Positions 34,271 through 47,859 of a stretch of DNA of 64,000 bases are shown one piece after another. The stretch's first letter is position 1. Each line of letters begins with the position of its first letter. A program made the translations under genes and the position numbers. This DNA comes from Vicugna vicugna (taxonomy: Eukaryota). The notes beneath the pieces are model-generated. The model did not search any database. It had not been told where the DNA came from and saw only the letters and a program-made list of their open reading frames with translations. The stretch spans positions 2,354,909-2,418,908 of the forward strand of contig MU057560.1 of the NCBI GenBank assembly GCA_013265495.1, in the 5' to 3' direction.

Positions 34271-36690
34271 ATGGTGGGGGGGGAGCAGCGCTGGGAGGAA
34301 CACCGGAGGAGAGAGAACACGGCCCAGTGGGAGGGTGAGGCCGAGGAGAGGGTTCTGTTGTCTCCAGATTCAAGATTGCACCCCTGGAATGAAGTCCACT
34401 TCCAGCCCTGCAGTCACAGCCCCTACGAGCCCCCTCCCCAGGTCCCCTTTACACCTGAGACAGCAGCCACACTTCCCTCCCCTCTCAGACCCCTCCTCCC
34501 AACCCCTGCGCTCCTCCCGGACCCTGCGGTCTGCACATGCACCTCAGATAGGGGGCTGCGGACCCCTCAGCCGTCCTCACACGGGATGGCGGCGCCACAG
34601 GTCTTCCTCCTTCAGCTGCTGGGGGCAGTCCCAGTCAGACCTGTCGCTCTTGCACTTATGACTTGGACCCCTCTGCACCATGGATGGGGCCGCTGCATCC
34701 TGTCGCTGCCCCGAGCTTCCACGCGAGGCGGGATGGCAGGTCCACGGCGAGCAGCCCTCCTGACACTCAGCAAAGGGGGAGTGATCGGACAGGGGCCTTG
34801 CCGGCGACTTTGTTCACCTCCACGTCCTGAGCTGCACTGCGTCTGGAAATTACCACCCAGCCATGACGGGCCGGGTTCGCACTCGCCCTCCGCCGGCTGG
34901 CACTTCTGTCTCTGGCTGTCAGGCAGCACCCGCGGACACTACCTGCTCTAAGTCAGGTTCATCGCGAGGCCTTTTAAGACTCTGAGGCCCATGGAGCTCC
35001 AGCCGAGATGTACGTTGTAAGTCACGCATTTTCCTTGACCGATTACGACGAGCCGGGTCTCCTTGGTCCCCAGGCACTCGATCTGAATATTTACAGGGAA
35101 TTCTGATCAGATGCTCAGTGTCCAAACTCATATTATTTCATTGGAAAATACAAGCCTGTTTTCATCCTAAATCAGCTGTTGTTGAGTCCAATCAGCATAT
35201 TACATGACAAAACACAACAGAGGAAGGGGACAGGTGGTGACACATGATGCGGCTGGTCAGTTTTAGGGAGGGCAGCTCCCAGGTGAGGATCCACAATCCA
35301 CGCCGTGTGCACGGAGCTTATCTGGGAGTCCAGCAACACCTGCCCCAGCCTCTCCATCCCTCGTGCCTGGTCTAAGCAGAGCCCCTGCCATGTGGCCCTT
35401 CCCTTGCTGGGCTCCCCACTCCAGCCAAGGGCCTGGGCCTCCTCCAGGTCCATCATGTTAGGATGTTTTCATTACAATCCTCAGTCAACTGCACCCCAGA
35501 AGGAGTAAAGAGCAGGGAGGGGAAACTCAGAGTCCTCTTGCTGTCTGGGACGCTTGTGAAGTTTGACAGTGAAGTGGGCCAGTGGATCTGGCTTCTAGGT
35601 CAGGGTGGGCGTGTGCAACCGGACGTGGTGCTTGGCAGACAGGGGCGGTATGACCTCATGGGCTGTGCGTCTAGACAAACAGCAACCCGCGTGTGAGGTC
35701 ACCTTTGAGCACCAGGTCAAAGAGCTCACGTTCTCAAAGAGCACCAATTTCTCTTCTCCCTGACGTCCCCCAGGCCCTCAGCATCCAACATCCTGGGCGT
35801 CCCTGGGCGCAGACTGTGTACAATGTGCCAGCGGACTCATGCTTTCCTCTTCCTCTCCTAATTAAAGTCGACTCAGGAAATGACTTGTTTTCATCACATC
35901 TCTCTGTGAGCTGGAGTCAGTGCGTCTCCCGTGCTGGGACTCTGGCCGCCACGTCTTCTGGAGGCAGAGCGGAGCTCCCAGTGTTTCTGCTCAGTCTCCC
36001 TGTTTCTTGTGTTGGCACCCACATCTCAGCAGTTCTGTTTTTTCCCTATTGTTTTTAAAAAACGAATCCTTGTCCAGAGCAATACCGTCTACGGGGGTTT
36101 GCTAGTGAGATTTTTTGTTTTTGAAAAAAGTCTTAAGTCAAGTCTGTCTACCCTCGTTCTGATTTAATGCAAGTCCGGGTTGGCACCGCCCTCTGGGAAG
36201 GGCTCCCTCCCTCCCCAGCCCCAGGGGTGAACGTTGGTGGCCTAATGCAGCCAGGGGGTTCCTTCCCTTTGCCAGAGGGGGTTTTAGACCCAGGTTTGCA
36301 GCAAAGGCCCAAGGGGTGGTGGCTGCGAGACGTGGGGAGGATTTTCCCTGGAGGTCTGAGAAGATGCTGGGTCCTAATGCCCCTTTCACTTTCCGGATGC
36401 TTCACTGACAGAGGCACCTAGACTGTTGTGGGCTTCCTGCCACGGCCAGGAGAGCGTCCTGGGGACAGGCTGCACCCCTGGGGGGCAGAAGGGCCCTGGA
36501 TTTGACAGAACGCTGTTGAGCTGCTCACAAACCTGCTTCCAGGGATCAGCAAACTGGGTCTGGGGAAGAGTCTAGAAAACTGTGCTGTTGGCAGCCTGCC
36601 CTGAGAGCTTCCATCCAGGCTCCTGACCCGCCAAGGTGCACGGAACCGGCCGTAAGCCAGCTCGATAAGCTGCTGCTAGGCTTGGAACGC

Positions 36691-36890
36691 GTTTGGTTCT
36701 CAGCCAGGAGTGACTGTGCGCTGCTGGGGATGCTTGGTTATGTCTAAAGGGGTGTTTGGTGGTCAGGTTTGGGGGACGCTACTGTCCTGTAGTGGGGCGG
36801 GGCTCGGGACGCTGTTAAACACCTCGTGATGCACAAGACGGCCCCCGCACGAGTCACGTGCCCAGCGTGTCAGCCGGGGGTGGGGCAGGG
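36691..36890 (+). mobile_element. MER20 (hAT-Charlie) DNA transposon, near full length
   Basis: tggttctcagccagg...ttggttatgtctaaagg...tttggtggtca...gctactgtcctgtagtggg...gggacgctgttaaacacctcgtgatgcacaagacggcccc. Confidence 0.85.
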
Positions 36891-37384
36891 AGGAGCCTAG
36901 GCTGACAGCCTGGAGGAGCGGTGAGGTCCTTCTGGGAAGCGGGGATGCCTCCAGGAGCAGGAAAGGAGGAAGGAAGTGAGAGGAGGGAAGTCTTGGTGAG
37001 ACTGGAAACGTTTGTAGTCCATTAAATGCCTGGATGGGAGCCCTCCCACCACCCTTCCCCCAGACCAGAGGCTCCCTTCGAAGAGCCTTCTTGTGGCGGG
37101 GACACCGTCCTTACCAAGTGTCACCGAGGAAGAACATCCTTTGGGCAAATACACTCCCCCAGCTGAACATGTGAGCTACTTCAAGCATTGCGTTTTTATC
37201 AGCAACAATCTGGCATGATCGTACATTTTCTCTGTCTTCAGAGTTAGACTGTGAACAACAATCTCCTGTCCGTACGGTCTTCACACCATCGATTTATCCC
37301 GTTTTGCACGTGGTGCCCTCCGTGCACTGAACTTGCTCTGAACGTTACTCCCTCCCTCGCCCCCAAAAGTGGAAATTCTTTTTT

Positions 37385-37575
37385 TAGTGTTTTTTTGAGA
37401 GTTTTGCATTTTTTCGATTTGCAGTGTTGTGTTAGGTCCTGGTGAAAAACACAGGGACGCAGCCTGCATACACATACATGTTCTTTTTCATCACAGGTTC
37501 CCGAGCCACTGAGTGTAGTTCTCCGTGCTAAACAGCGGGGCCTGGTTTAATCTGTTCTGTACGCAGTAGTTTGTT
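37385..37575 (-). mobile_element. L1 3' end fragment (cetartiodactyl type)
   Basis: gatttgcagtgttgtgttaggtcctggtg...catacacatacatgttctttttcat...ctgagtgtagttctccgtgctaaacagcggggcc. Confidence 0.8.
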
Positions 37576-39515
37576 CCCCAAAGTGGAGATTCTGATGTTT
37601 GTCTGCCTTTCCCTTGCAGTTTCTGTGGTAATTTCTGAGTCTGCTGTGGGCCCTTCTCTGGTTTGAGGTCCCCCCGCGATTACAGCTGTGGGGTTCTGGG
37701 CAGCGGAGCGCTTCAGGGACGCTGGTCCCCCTCAGGCCCTCGGGACAGGGTCAGGCCCAAGCACCAGGCCGATGGCCGCAGCCAGACGGAGCGGATGCAG
37801 AGCAGAGCTCTGGAGGGCGGGCCCAGCGGGGGTGAGGGGGCCAGGCGGTCACCTCAGGTACAGACGCGTGTTTTCTATTTTCCGTTGGGAACTGCCCGTG
37901 CGGTAGGTCCAGACGTAAAGAGGACACTGAGATGTCAATGTCCTCGGCTTTGGCCTCAGAGTTTCTTCTCTCCATCCCATTTAGCAAAATGCAGGCATTA
38001 TTGTCACTGTTTTTTCTAATTGTTTCAAAGCCTGTGATGTGCACGCGGTTTGCACCTGCCCACCGGGTCCTCTCTCGGGAGGGCCCTCGGGTGTGCCGGC
38101 GTTATGATTGGTCTGGGAGAGACTGTGGGGACACCCCTGCGCACGGTGCCCTCTCCCCTGTCTGATACGCCAGCTTCCGCTGTGGAGCGAGGCTCAGACC
38201 CGAGAGGCTGCAGCGTGGGGCCCGCCGCCACGTGGGGTCTGTGGAAGGTTCCAGGCTCCGTGGGTCGGTGCCACGTGCTCTCCCCGCGGTGGAGGCCGCA
38301 CAGGAGGGCTCAGACCCCTGCTTGGGCGCAGCATGAGGGGAGGGGGGACAGAGAGTGAATGCTGGCTACACAACAGTGTAGTTTACCTTCACTCTTCTTG
38401 GTTGTGAAAAAGGTAAGGAATTTAAGTGTGATCATGGTCACGCGGGGAGGCCGTGGGACGCTAAGTGTCTGTGCGTCTGGAGAAGAACTAATGACGGATG
38501 AGAGGTGAGCCTGTCCCTGCCGGTCACGGCTCCAGCAAACCACGTGCCTACAACCTGTTCTAATGTGGGCTAAGGAGACGGCAGGCTTTCCGCGGCTACT
38601 GCTGGGAGACCAGGGGGGTTTCTGGGCGTGAAGAGGGGCCCCGCGCTCTGCCTGCTGTGGTCCGTGTTCTCTCAGGGCCGCCCCACGGGGGACACGGGCC
38701 TCGCTGAGCTCAGCCTCCCTGTAGAATTGGGGTGGCCTGGAAAGATGGAAGGGGGTCCCTAGTATGAAGAGGAGCATCTTGGAGGCCAAGCGGGGCAGGG
38801 GGGCTTCAGCCAGCTGTGCTCCTGGGTGGAAACGTGCTATTCCCTTGGTCCCCCGGCCCCCTGGTGCCCCTCGTCCCCTCACCCGCATGCCCCCTCCATG
38901 GGTTCTTTCACAGCACTGCCCAAGTCCCTTCAACTCCCCCCCACCCAAGTCCTTGCTGGTGAGCAGGTGTCAGCACAGAGACCACAGGAGTTCTTGCAAT
39001 TTCGACAGCGCCGGGTCTGCAGTCAGAAGGTGAAGTTGCTCGTTGCTTCCACGGCCGCCAGTCCAAGTGCTGACTTGTGATTCCACCTGTCGGCCTGCAG
39101 GACGCTGTCCGGGCCGTTAGTCGCAGGACGGCAGGTGAGCAGCCTGGGAGGGGGTCACTGGATCTGGGCGTGGTTTCCCAGCGTCTCTCTCAAGCAGACT
39201 TCCCTCAGACGTCTGCAGACACGGGGCGTGTTTCTCACTCACTGGTGGTGGACGGGTGTGAGCTCCCGGGGGTGAGCCTCGGGGGGAAGTTCAGTGGCGG
39301 CTGTGTGACTCCTTAGCCGGTTCTCAGCCAGCGGGGGTCTTACTCTCTGGCTGCACTGGTTTTTCTCACCTTCCCCCAAATTCCGTGTTGCTCCTTGCCT
39401 GTCTCCTGCCCTGATGCTGCTGGTTGTGCCCTGAGCTTTGCTCTGCTCCCCAGACCATGACCTCCTGTGGGCCGGGCCGGCCCCCCTGCACGTCTTCATG
39501 CCCGCCGCCAGCCAG

Positions 39516-39533
39516 CACTGCCCCCTAGTAGGC
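39516..39533 (-). promoter_or_regulatory. CTCF-like motif
   Basis: Minus strand GCCTACTAGGGGGCAGTG, one mismatch to the CCASYAGRKGGCRS core. Confidence 0.5.
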
Positions 39534-39649
39534 AGACCCTCCCCCGCCGCTTACACCGAGCTCTCATACCGTCTCCCCCTTTTTCCTTTACTCCTGATGT
39601 GAAAAAACGTGAGGTGGAAAACTGGTCCACGGTGTAGGTGACAGGGAAC

Positions 39650-40200
39650 ACGTTATCTGTGCTGTTCAGATGGGCCATCCTGCAGCCGGGTAAGTCACAA
39701 GATTCTATCACCTAAATAAGGTCATCCCCGCGGGGCGACTGTGCCGGCGGGGCGGGCCAGCCGGGGGAGCTCAGGCGCCCGGGGTGCGATCACCCCGGCG
39801 GGGAGGCTGATAAGTGGCCCCAGCACGACACGGAGCTGCTCAGCGGAGCTCCGGCAGATGGAACTGGAGAAGCAGCCCAGGGCCCGGTCACGCTTTGGGG
39901 CCGAGTCAGGAGCCGCCCCTGCTCCGCCAGCGCCCTGCCAGCCCTCCGGCGGGCGTTCCAGTCTGTGGGAGGTGCGGTCCTTCTGTCGGGGGCTTAGACG
40001 CTGGTCTCGCAGCCGCCCCTCCCCAGGCAGCCGCCCTTCGTCCTGGGCTGCGGGCTGTCTCCTCTCGGAGCGTCAGGATAGCGGGACAGGCAGGGGCCTC
40101 CTGCTCACACACTACCCGCAGGCTCCGGCCTCTGACAGGAGGGACCCGACACCGAGTGATAAGGCGCGGGGCGGGGGGTGGCGGTTAGCGAGCTCACCCT
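39650..40200. promoter_or_regulatory. CpG-rich element with GATA cluster and E-box/GATA composite (candidate haematopoietic/endothelial enhancer or promoter)
   Basis: TTATCT-N8-CAGATG at 39653-39672; further WGATAR at 39705, 39808, 40157; GC boxes near 39749 and 40167. Confidence 0.55.
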
Positions 40201-40705
40201 CACCACGGGTGGCTTCGACTTATTTCATTTTCAAATTCATCTGAGAATCGAGGCATAGAGCCTGGGGACCATCTCAGCTGCGTCTTCGTTTTCTGCCCAC
40301 GAGAGAGCTGGGGTACGGGACGGCTTAACATCACCGAAGCCCCGGCTGTCCGGTTGCTCCCTCGCCTTGCGTCAGAACAGCGTTTGTTTTCTAATGCGGA
40401 CTGCATGCACTGTACAGGTTTTTTTTTTTCCTTAAAAGAAACGTAGCTTTTCTTTTTTCTAAAAATCTCCTTAAAAAGGGAGTCTCCATGACCCTGGCCA
40501 CGCTGAGTTTTTTCACTGCCGCCTCCCTGGCACCTGAGCTTCTCCCAGAACTCGTGAAAAAGCAGCACGGGGTCTGCTCGGGGCCCCAGGCCCTGCGAGC
40601 CGCCGGCTTCTCCCCGGCTCTGGGCGTGGTGGGACCAGTGGCTCCGTGCACCGGCGGAGGTGAACAGGCTGGGCCGGGGCCAGGCAGACCCTCTGCATCG
40701 ACCCT

Positions 40706-40800
40706 CAGCTCTGACCCGGTGTGGGTTCCCTCCTTACCCTTGGCCTCCTCGTCTGTCAGGTGGCCATCACAATGCCTTCCTGGCTGTGTTGTCATGGAGA
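40706..40800 (+). mobile_element. MIR fragment
   Basis: ggcctcctcgtctgtcaggtggccatcacaatgccttcctggctgtgttgtcatgga. Confidence 0.5.
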
Positions 40801-41171
40801 CGAAGCAGCATCTTGTCTGTGGATCACAGAGCAGGGCCGACCATGGGCTCCCTAATCCCCTTCCCCTCCTCCTGGTCCCTCTTAACCGAGCCATGTCTGA
40901 GGACGACCTACGTCCACACCAGATCCCGGGCTGGGACTCAGAGCTCAGGACCTGACACTTCACCACGAGGGCCCCCGGTGGGACCGTTTGTCAAGGCTGC
41001 CTTTGGAGTCAGTGGCCCCACAGTGGGGGTCGGGGGTGCCGGGTTCGGAGAAGCTCACTCGACCGTGTAACACAATGGCCACGGAGAAATGGAATGTTCT
41101 GAAGGCCCGAGCGCTGTCTGGGAGAGGGGAAGCCTCTCCTCATGGCTGCTGAAATTTTTATACAATACGTA

Positions 41172-41378
41172 CAATTATAGCAGTAAAAATCGCTGGCGTT
41201 AAGCGGGTGCTCAGCACCCGCCGGCTGCACGCTGCGCGATTCACACGCAGTGTTCTATCTCGTCTTCAGGACGCCTCTCCTCTTCTTTTTATGTGCGAGA
41301 AAACCCAAGTCTGAGGCAGTTGAGTGTCACGTACGACAGGTCCTGGGACTGACCCCGTCCGTCCGACCCCAGGGCCCC
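41172..41378 (-). mobile_element. MIR, most of its length
   Basis: aattatagcagtaaaaatcgctggcgttaagcgggtgctc...tttttatgtgcgagaaaacccaagtctgagg...cctgggactgacccc. Confidence 0.65.
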
Positions 41379-42769
41379 ACCCCTCACCTCGCTCTGCGGG
41401 CCACAGGCTGCTTAGGGCGCCCGGGGCACTGCTCGCACGCCTCAGCGTTTCATTTTGATTTTACCTTGTTCCGCTTACTTTTTCCTCACAAGGTGAGACA
41501 ATCTGTACTTGGAGTTTTTCCCATTTAGATGATTCTCTCGGTGCGGTTGGTGGAGTTAGTCCGTCCTTTTCCCACTGTTTCATGATTCTTCATTTTCTAT
41601 CATTAAGGTCTTAGTTCCATCAGAACCTGGGTTTTCGTTCTCTGTTCCTGAAACGCCATCACTCCCCTGGACTGCCTCCCCCTTCCCCGGGGCCACCTCC
41701 CTCTCCACGTCTTCATCGAGGTGACACACGCATCGGAGCGGGGTCTCCCACGAGGTCTGGGCGGTCTTGGCGACACGAGAGGTCCCTGGTTTCATTTCCT
41801 TTCTTTGTTTGTGTTTTCTCACATTTTCCCCTAAAGCTCATGAGCCTGAGGGCTGGTGAGGAGGGGTCCAGGGCCACAGGCCAGTGTGCTGGCTGCTCGG
41901 TGACGTGGCGGCCGCAGCCCCACCGTCTCATTCACTAAAAACACGCACAACCTAAAAGCTGAGCATTGGTTTTACTGGGCAGACTTTCTGGGGACTTAGG
42001 CCCGGGAGACAGGCTCTCGGGTAGCTCCGAGGGACAGCTCTGAAGAGGCAGGGGAGGAGCCAGGACACACAGGCGTTTTTGCCGCAAAGACCAGGTAGTG
42101 AGAACAGCAAAAGACGGCTGCTAATTAGAGCCAGAGAGCTCAAGTCAAGGAGCTCAGTGCTTCTCTAAGGAGGGGAAGACGCGGGAGTCTGGCTCACTGC
42201 CGCCACTCCTCTGATCGGCTCCTGAGCTGCCTGGGGCCCGAGTCCCGTGCTTCCCGCCCTGAGGCCCTCTGGGGGCACGGCTGGGGGTGGCTGCGGAGGA
42301 AGGGCAGCCTGCTTGTCTCCATCCTGAGTTCCTGTGTGCGACACTTCTCCTTCTGTCTCCTCAAGGCCCCCGGGACTCCCCTGTCCTGCCCCTTGCAGAC
42401 CTCCGGGGGCACACGGACCTGCTCTCCAGGGTCAGCTGCTGGATGGTCCCACCTAAGGCCATCTGGGCACAGAAGTGGCTCAGGAGATACTGGACCATCA
42501 GATGAAGAGCTACAGGGTGGGGGACGCTCACGTGAAACCTTCTGAGCGTGAGCTGGAGAGGTGAGCACCCTGATCCTGATCAAGGCTGCTCTCCAGACCA
42601 TCGCCCACCAGCTGGCCCCAGATACGGCTGGGCGGTGGGGCTGCCGGAGGCAGACGCATTTGGGGAGCACGGCAGCCGGTGCTCCCCTCTCAGAAAGTCC
42701 TGAACATTAAGACTGAGTATAAATCTTGGATCAGTACTGCACTCCATATTTACATTTAACCTTTTCAAT

Positions 42770-43040
42770 TTTTAAAGTTTTGTTTGTTTTTATTGAAGTA
42801 GAGTTGATTTACAATGTTGTGTTAGTTTCTGGTGGACAGCAGAGTGATTCAGCTACACACATATAATCCTTTTCATATTCTTTTCCGTTATAGGTCATTA
42901 CAGGCCATTGAATGTAGCTCCCTGTGCTGCACAGTGGGACCTTGTTGCTTATCTATTTTATATGTAGTGGTTAGTATCTGCGAATCCTGAGCTCCCATTT
43001 TACTGCTCTTCACTCCCGTACACCCTGGCAACCACACACG
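42770..43040 (-). mobile_element. L1 3' UTR fragment (cetartiodactyl type)
   Basis: tttattgaagtagagttgatttacaatgttgtgttagtttctggtggacagcagagtgattcagc...ataggtcattacagg...ctccctgtgctgcacagtgggaccttgttgcttatctattttatatgtagt. Confidence 0.92.
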
Positions 43041-46000
43041 TAGCTTTTAACGCAATCCTCTCACACGTATTTGGCCAGGGGACACTTTCGTCACTTAACA
43101 CTGATTAACGTGCGCAGGGAGTGACTCCCCGTAAAACGCCCACAGAGCTTGCTCGGAGCCAGACTCCAATGGTGGAGGAGGGAGACAGGGTTTGATGAGT
43201 GGCTGGGGCGGACTGCGAACTCCGCCCCAGGGCCACTGCAGGGACATGCGTGGACGTCCTCTCTGGAGATAAAGCCATTTTTAGGAAGACAATGATGACA
43301 AATCTACTTTTCATTAAACAAGCGAACTGTGTAATTGCTGCAGATGATCATTTTTTTTTCCAACAGAATAGGGCGTAGCTTGGAATTAAGCAGAGTCTGT
43401 GAACAACCAAACCTAGCGTATCCCACAGGGACCGAGCCGTGAGTGGCAGTGACCTCAGTTGTGCATATTGTGTGTCAGCGAGTGCACGGTGTTAGGACCT
43501 TAATTACGTGATCACAGGGTGGGACGTGGTACAGAGACGACCAGGCCTCTGTGACCACGTGACGTCACTGCAGTCGGCCTGTGCACGGCCACACGCATGC
43601 TGAGCACACAGAGCCCCCCAGGGGACTGAGGCCACTCCGGGGTCAAAACCGCTGGCTCCCTCTTGTCTCCATGGGGAGGGGAGAGGAGCTTTGGGGGTGA
43701 GCAGTACCCGACTCGGCCAGCATCCCCGTGCGGGGACGCTTCCAGATCCCCAGCCACCCTCCGGGAAGATGCAGGGGTGACTGAGACAGGCTTTCAGCCT
43801 GGAGCGCTCCTAGTCCAGGGGACACAGAGGGGTGAGGGTGGCCCTGGCCCCGGGCAGTAGTTCCGTGACACCTGGCAGCGGCGCGTGGGGGCAGGGAGAG
43901 AGAGCGTGGCACTGACGGCTGGGTGCCGGGAGGCTGCTGCAGTCACCTGGGTTTGGCCGAAGCTCTGGGTCCCGCCCGTCCACTCCTGGCTGAGCTCAGC
44001 AAACCGTCGCTGGACCCTCGCCGTTAGCGCTCTGGTGTGCAGGGCACGAGGGTACAAGGAGGCTGTGAGGGGTGGGGTAGCACCTTTCCCGAGGGGCGCT
44101 GGTCCTTGGAGGAGAGCCACACGCTTCTTAACAGAGAGGTGAGTGGGGTCAGTCCTGTGCTGGATGCAGGCACAGGGCGTGTGACTGTGACATGGGGCCC
44201 CAGCCCCCCCCCCCGGGGCATTCAGGGAAATCGTCCTGAGGACAGCGACCTGGCAGGGATGACGTCTAGGAAGAACCGGCCAGGTGAGGGTCAGAGGGAG
44301 GGAGGAGAGAGGCTGAGAGAAAGGACTGTCCCCATGGGGGACGCACGTGCTGGCAGGAGTGGCCGGGGACACCACGTTTGTTATTCCTGGAGTGTGACCA
44401 CGGAGGTGGGGGTGCTGTGAGATGCTGTCAAGGGGAGCAGTGCCTGGAGGGGGTGTAAGCCACGAAAAGACGTTCACAGTTTATTCTGCAGGCGATGTGA
44501 AGGGTGTCAGTGTTGGCTGAGAAGAAGAAATCCGGGGAGATTAAGTCCTGGCTGCAATGCTGAGAATGCAGCTGCGGGGGCGGGACTAGGGGCCGGGAGC
44601 CCACGGGTGCCCCTCAGAAAGGTCTGGGTGACAGCAGTGAGCTTCTGAACCAGGGCCGGGGTGGGGGAAGGATAGAGTCCAGACAAACTCGGGAAGTACA
44701 GCCAGCTGGCCTGAGACTCCCTGGGTGTGTGTCGAGGGTGCGGGAGCCGGGCGGGGCTTGGGTGACTGGCGTGGGGATGGTGATGGGCCCGTTTGGAAGC
44801 AGACTGCAGGCCCAGGGGCTGTCTGACTGGACCTGTCTGACAGGCCGTGGACAGGCTGCCGCCGGTATTCGGGAGCATTCAGCTCCCATCTCTGCCCCGG
44901 GACCGTCAGCCCAGAGGGAAGTTCTTCCGGTGAGCGTGCTGGTGGGAGGACGCGGCACTGGGGCTGAGCTGGTGCGGAGAACAGCCTGCCACAGGGACCC
45001 AGAGGGCCCAGAAGGAGAGACCGTGCCGAGAAGCGAAGGAGCTGGTCTTGGAGGAGTGAAGGAGCGCGACGGAGGGGCCAGCGGGATGGTGGGCTCTGGC
45101 CCCGGATGTCACTGTGGCCCCGTGAGACCCGGGCCATGGGGGCGGGTCTCTGCTCATGGCCACAGTACAAACACACCTTCCTGTTTCTCACGGGTGTCTG
45201 TCATTGAGACTTTTTCTCGGCCCAGGTTGCCCCGTCCGTCCGTTGATAGCTTTTCCCCGGAGCCCGCAAGCAGCGGCCCCTCCAGCCACCTTTGGCTGAG
45301 ATGACTTAGAGAAGACATGACGGGGGAACAAACCGCCGTGTGTGCAGTGTCTCCTCAGCGCCAGGCCCTGGGCTAAGCTTTCTGCGCACAGCATTTCGGG
45401 TGTGACTCCCGCTTTTAGAAGCCATCCCACAGTGAGAGGTGGGGCTCAGCCCCGGGCCTGTTCCCCTCCGGAGCCCACAGTCCTGGCGCCGCGCCCTTCC
45501 AGCTGCAGCCCTGGCGGTGCTGCATGTCGAACGTTGCCGTCAGACCCCGCCGTACCGGGGAACACGGGACGATGAGGTGGGTGAGTCCGCGCACGAGGGA
45601 GGATGTGAATTTGGGGCTGGGAAGCACGGCTTTGCTTCTCTGGGTGATTGCAGGGCTGGATCCACACAGCAGGGAAGGCCCTCACCGCACCTGGTCTGCA
45701 GAGCCCTGAGCTCGGCCCCTCCGGCTCTGCCGGCCCCGCACGGAGGCTCGCCAGGGCGGGAAGCGCCCGCTGGGGCCCGAACCGGCGCTCTGCCCCTGAG
45801 CCTGGGTGGTCTCTCTCAGTGGGGGCTTCTCAGCTAAGGGCGGGGCGGAAGGCAGGACCCCTCGTGATGGGCTGGCTTCTGGCTGTGGGTGGACTGCACT
45901 GCGATGTTCACAGCAGATGCCAACTTCTGAGAAACAAAATTTATATTTTATGACAAGACAAGAAAAAATTTACACATAAAAAGTTCTTCCCGGCCCTTTG

Positions 46001-47859
46001 GCCTCCCCCTGCCGACTGCACTGTGTCTCTGTGTCAGGCATCGACCAAGCCCCGGCCCCCCAGGAGCAGCCGCCCAGCCGCCAGGAGCACTTCTCCCAGG
46101 CCCTCCCAGCAAGCAGCTCCTGACGAGAGACAGCCCTTCCTGACCTCAGGAGGGTCACACGGCCCACCAGGACGCCCTAGGTCTGGGTTCTGTAAACTGC
46201 CACGGAGAAGAAAGTCACAGAGATACATGCCCACAGTTTGATGAAAGTTGGCCTGAAGATACTGTGTCCGGGGGAGGTGGCCACACCTGGTGCAGGTGAC
46301 CAGGTGCCTGCTGTGTCCCCGACGAGAGCTGAGGACGAGACCCAAAGCCAAGACGGGGGCCTGTGTTATGGGGACTTTTACTGCTTTGCAGGCCTGGCCC
46401 TTGTCCTGCAGGGGCTGAAGCACCGCTGAACTGCTGTAAGGACCAGCAGGAGCGGTCCTTACAGGAGCAGCCACAGGAGCGGCCGTGTGGTGGGGGCCCC
46501 GCGGGCGCCCGCTGCAGCCAGAGTGGGTGACGGCAGAGTCCAGCGCCAACAGCTGGGATCCTGGGCTCAGCCCTGGGCTGAAGGTGCAGGCGTGATTTTC
46601 CAATGATTCTGCAACTTCAGCTGGGTGTCAGTTCAGTTCTGACCTGACTGCCCGGCCTCCGTGGGGGCTCAGGCCCACACGACTCCCTCCCTCCAGACGC
46701 CAGTCACAGGCCACGGCCACCGAACCTCTGCCCCTCTGGCTGTAAATTCAGAAGTTCTTGCGGCAGGTTGGGTCATTTGCTAGAAGGACTTGCAGAACCC
46801 AAGACAGGGCTGCACTTGTGATCCCAGTTAGTCAGAGCCGAGCAGGGGAAGGAAGGCTGGATGAAGGCGATTAAGGTGAGGTCTGTGGGGACCAGAGCTT
46901 CCTGCCCTCTCCGGGCGCACCCCCTCCCCGCACCCCACGTGTCACCACGTGTCACTCCATTGCTCCAGGAACTCTGTTTACCAGGTTTCATCGTCGGTGG
47001 GCACAACTGGGTATGCCATTGGTCGCCACTGCTTGAACTCAGCCCCCTGGAGGGCGGGGTGGGCTGAACGTCCCAGCCCTCTGATCACGGGCTTGGCGTC
47101 CCGGGGACCAGCCCCGCCCTGAAGCTCCCCGGGCCCCACCTGTGACCACCCCGTGAGCATAAGCTCAGGTGTGCCGTGGCGGGAAGGAGCTCGCTGGGAT
47201 AAAGGACACCCTTCTCTCTGGAGATTCCAAGCGCTTACATCCTCCGTGCCAGGCCCGGGAGAAAGGCCTCGTGTGCAAGGCCTGAGCGCCGCTCGGTGCT
47301 GTGGGTCCTGTCGGTCAGAGAATGCTCCTTCTCGCTGCGGAGGATACGCACGTGATCTTGCGCCTGATGCAGCCTGTGGCGCACACGGGATGGGTTTTAC
47401 AGAGAAAGCGAGAGTCGCAGGGACTGAGTCTCCCCCGAAGTCCAGCACAGCCGGGCCAGGACTCAGATCGGCATCTACGTCTCCCTCCGTGTTGTCCGTG
47501 ATTCCTCACCTGGAGCACCTCTGCGAAGAGCCACGTGCCTGTTGGCATTTCAGTGCAGTAACTCAGATCCAGCCGCTGTCGTGGAGAGAGCGCAGACCGG
47601 CCAGAAGTGCACCCCAAACTCCCGCTGCCTGTCTTTGCGGCTCCCCCCTCCTTGTGGGAGTTCATGCTGAGCCCGCGTGAATTCCATCCCAGCGACGGCT
47701 TCTGGGCTGAGCGGGCCCACACGCCACCTCCCGGGGTCCCGGGAGCCGCGATGCGCAGAGCAGGGCTCAGACCCGCAGAGGCTGCCCTGCCAGTCGACTC
47801 ACAGCCACAGCGGCTTAGAGCTCCTAGCACACCGTCCAGAGATGATGGCTTTCAAGTTA

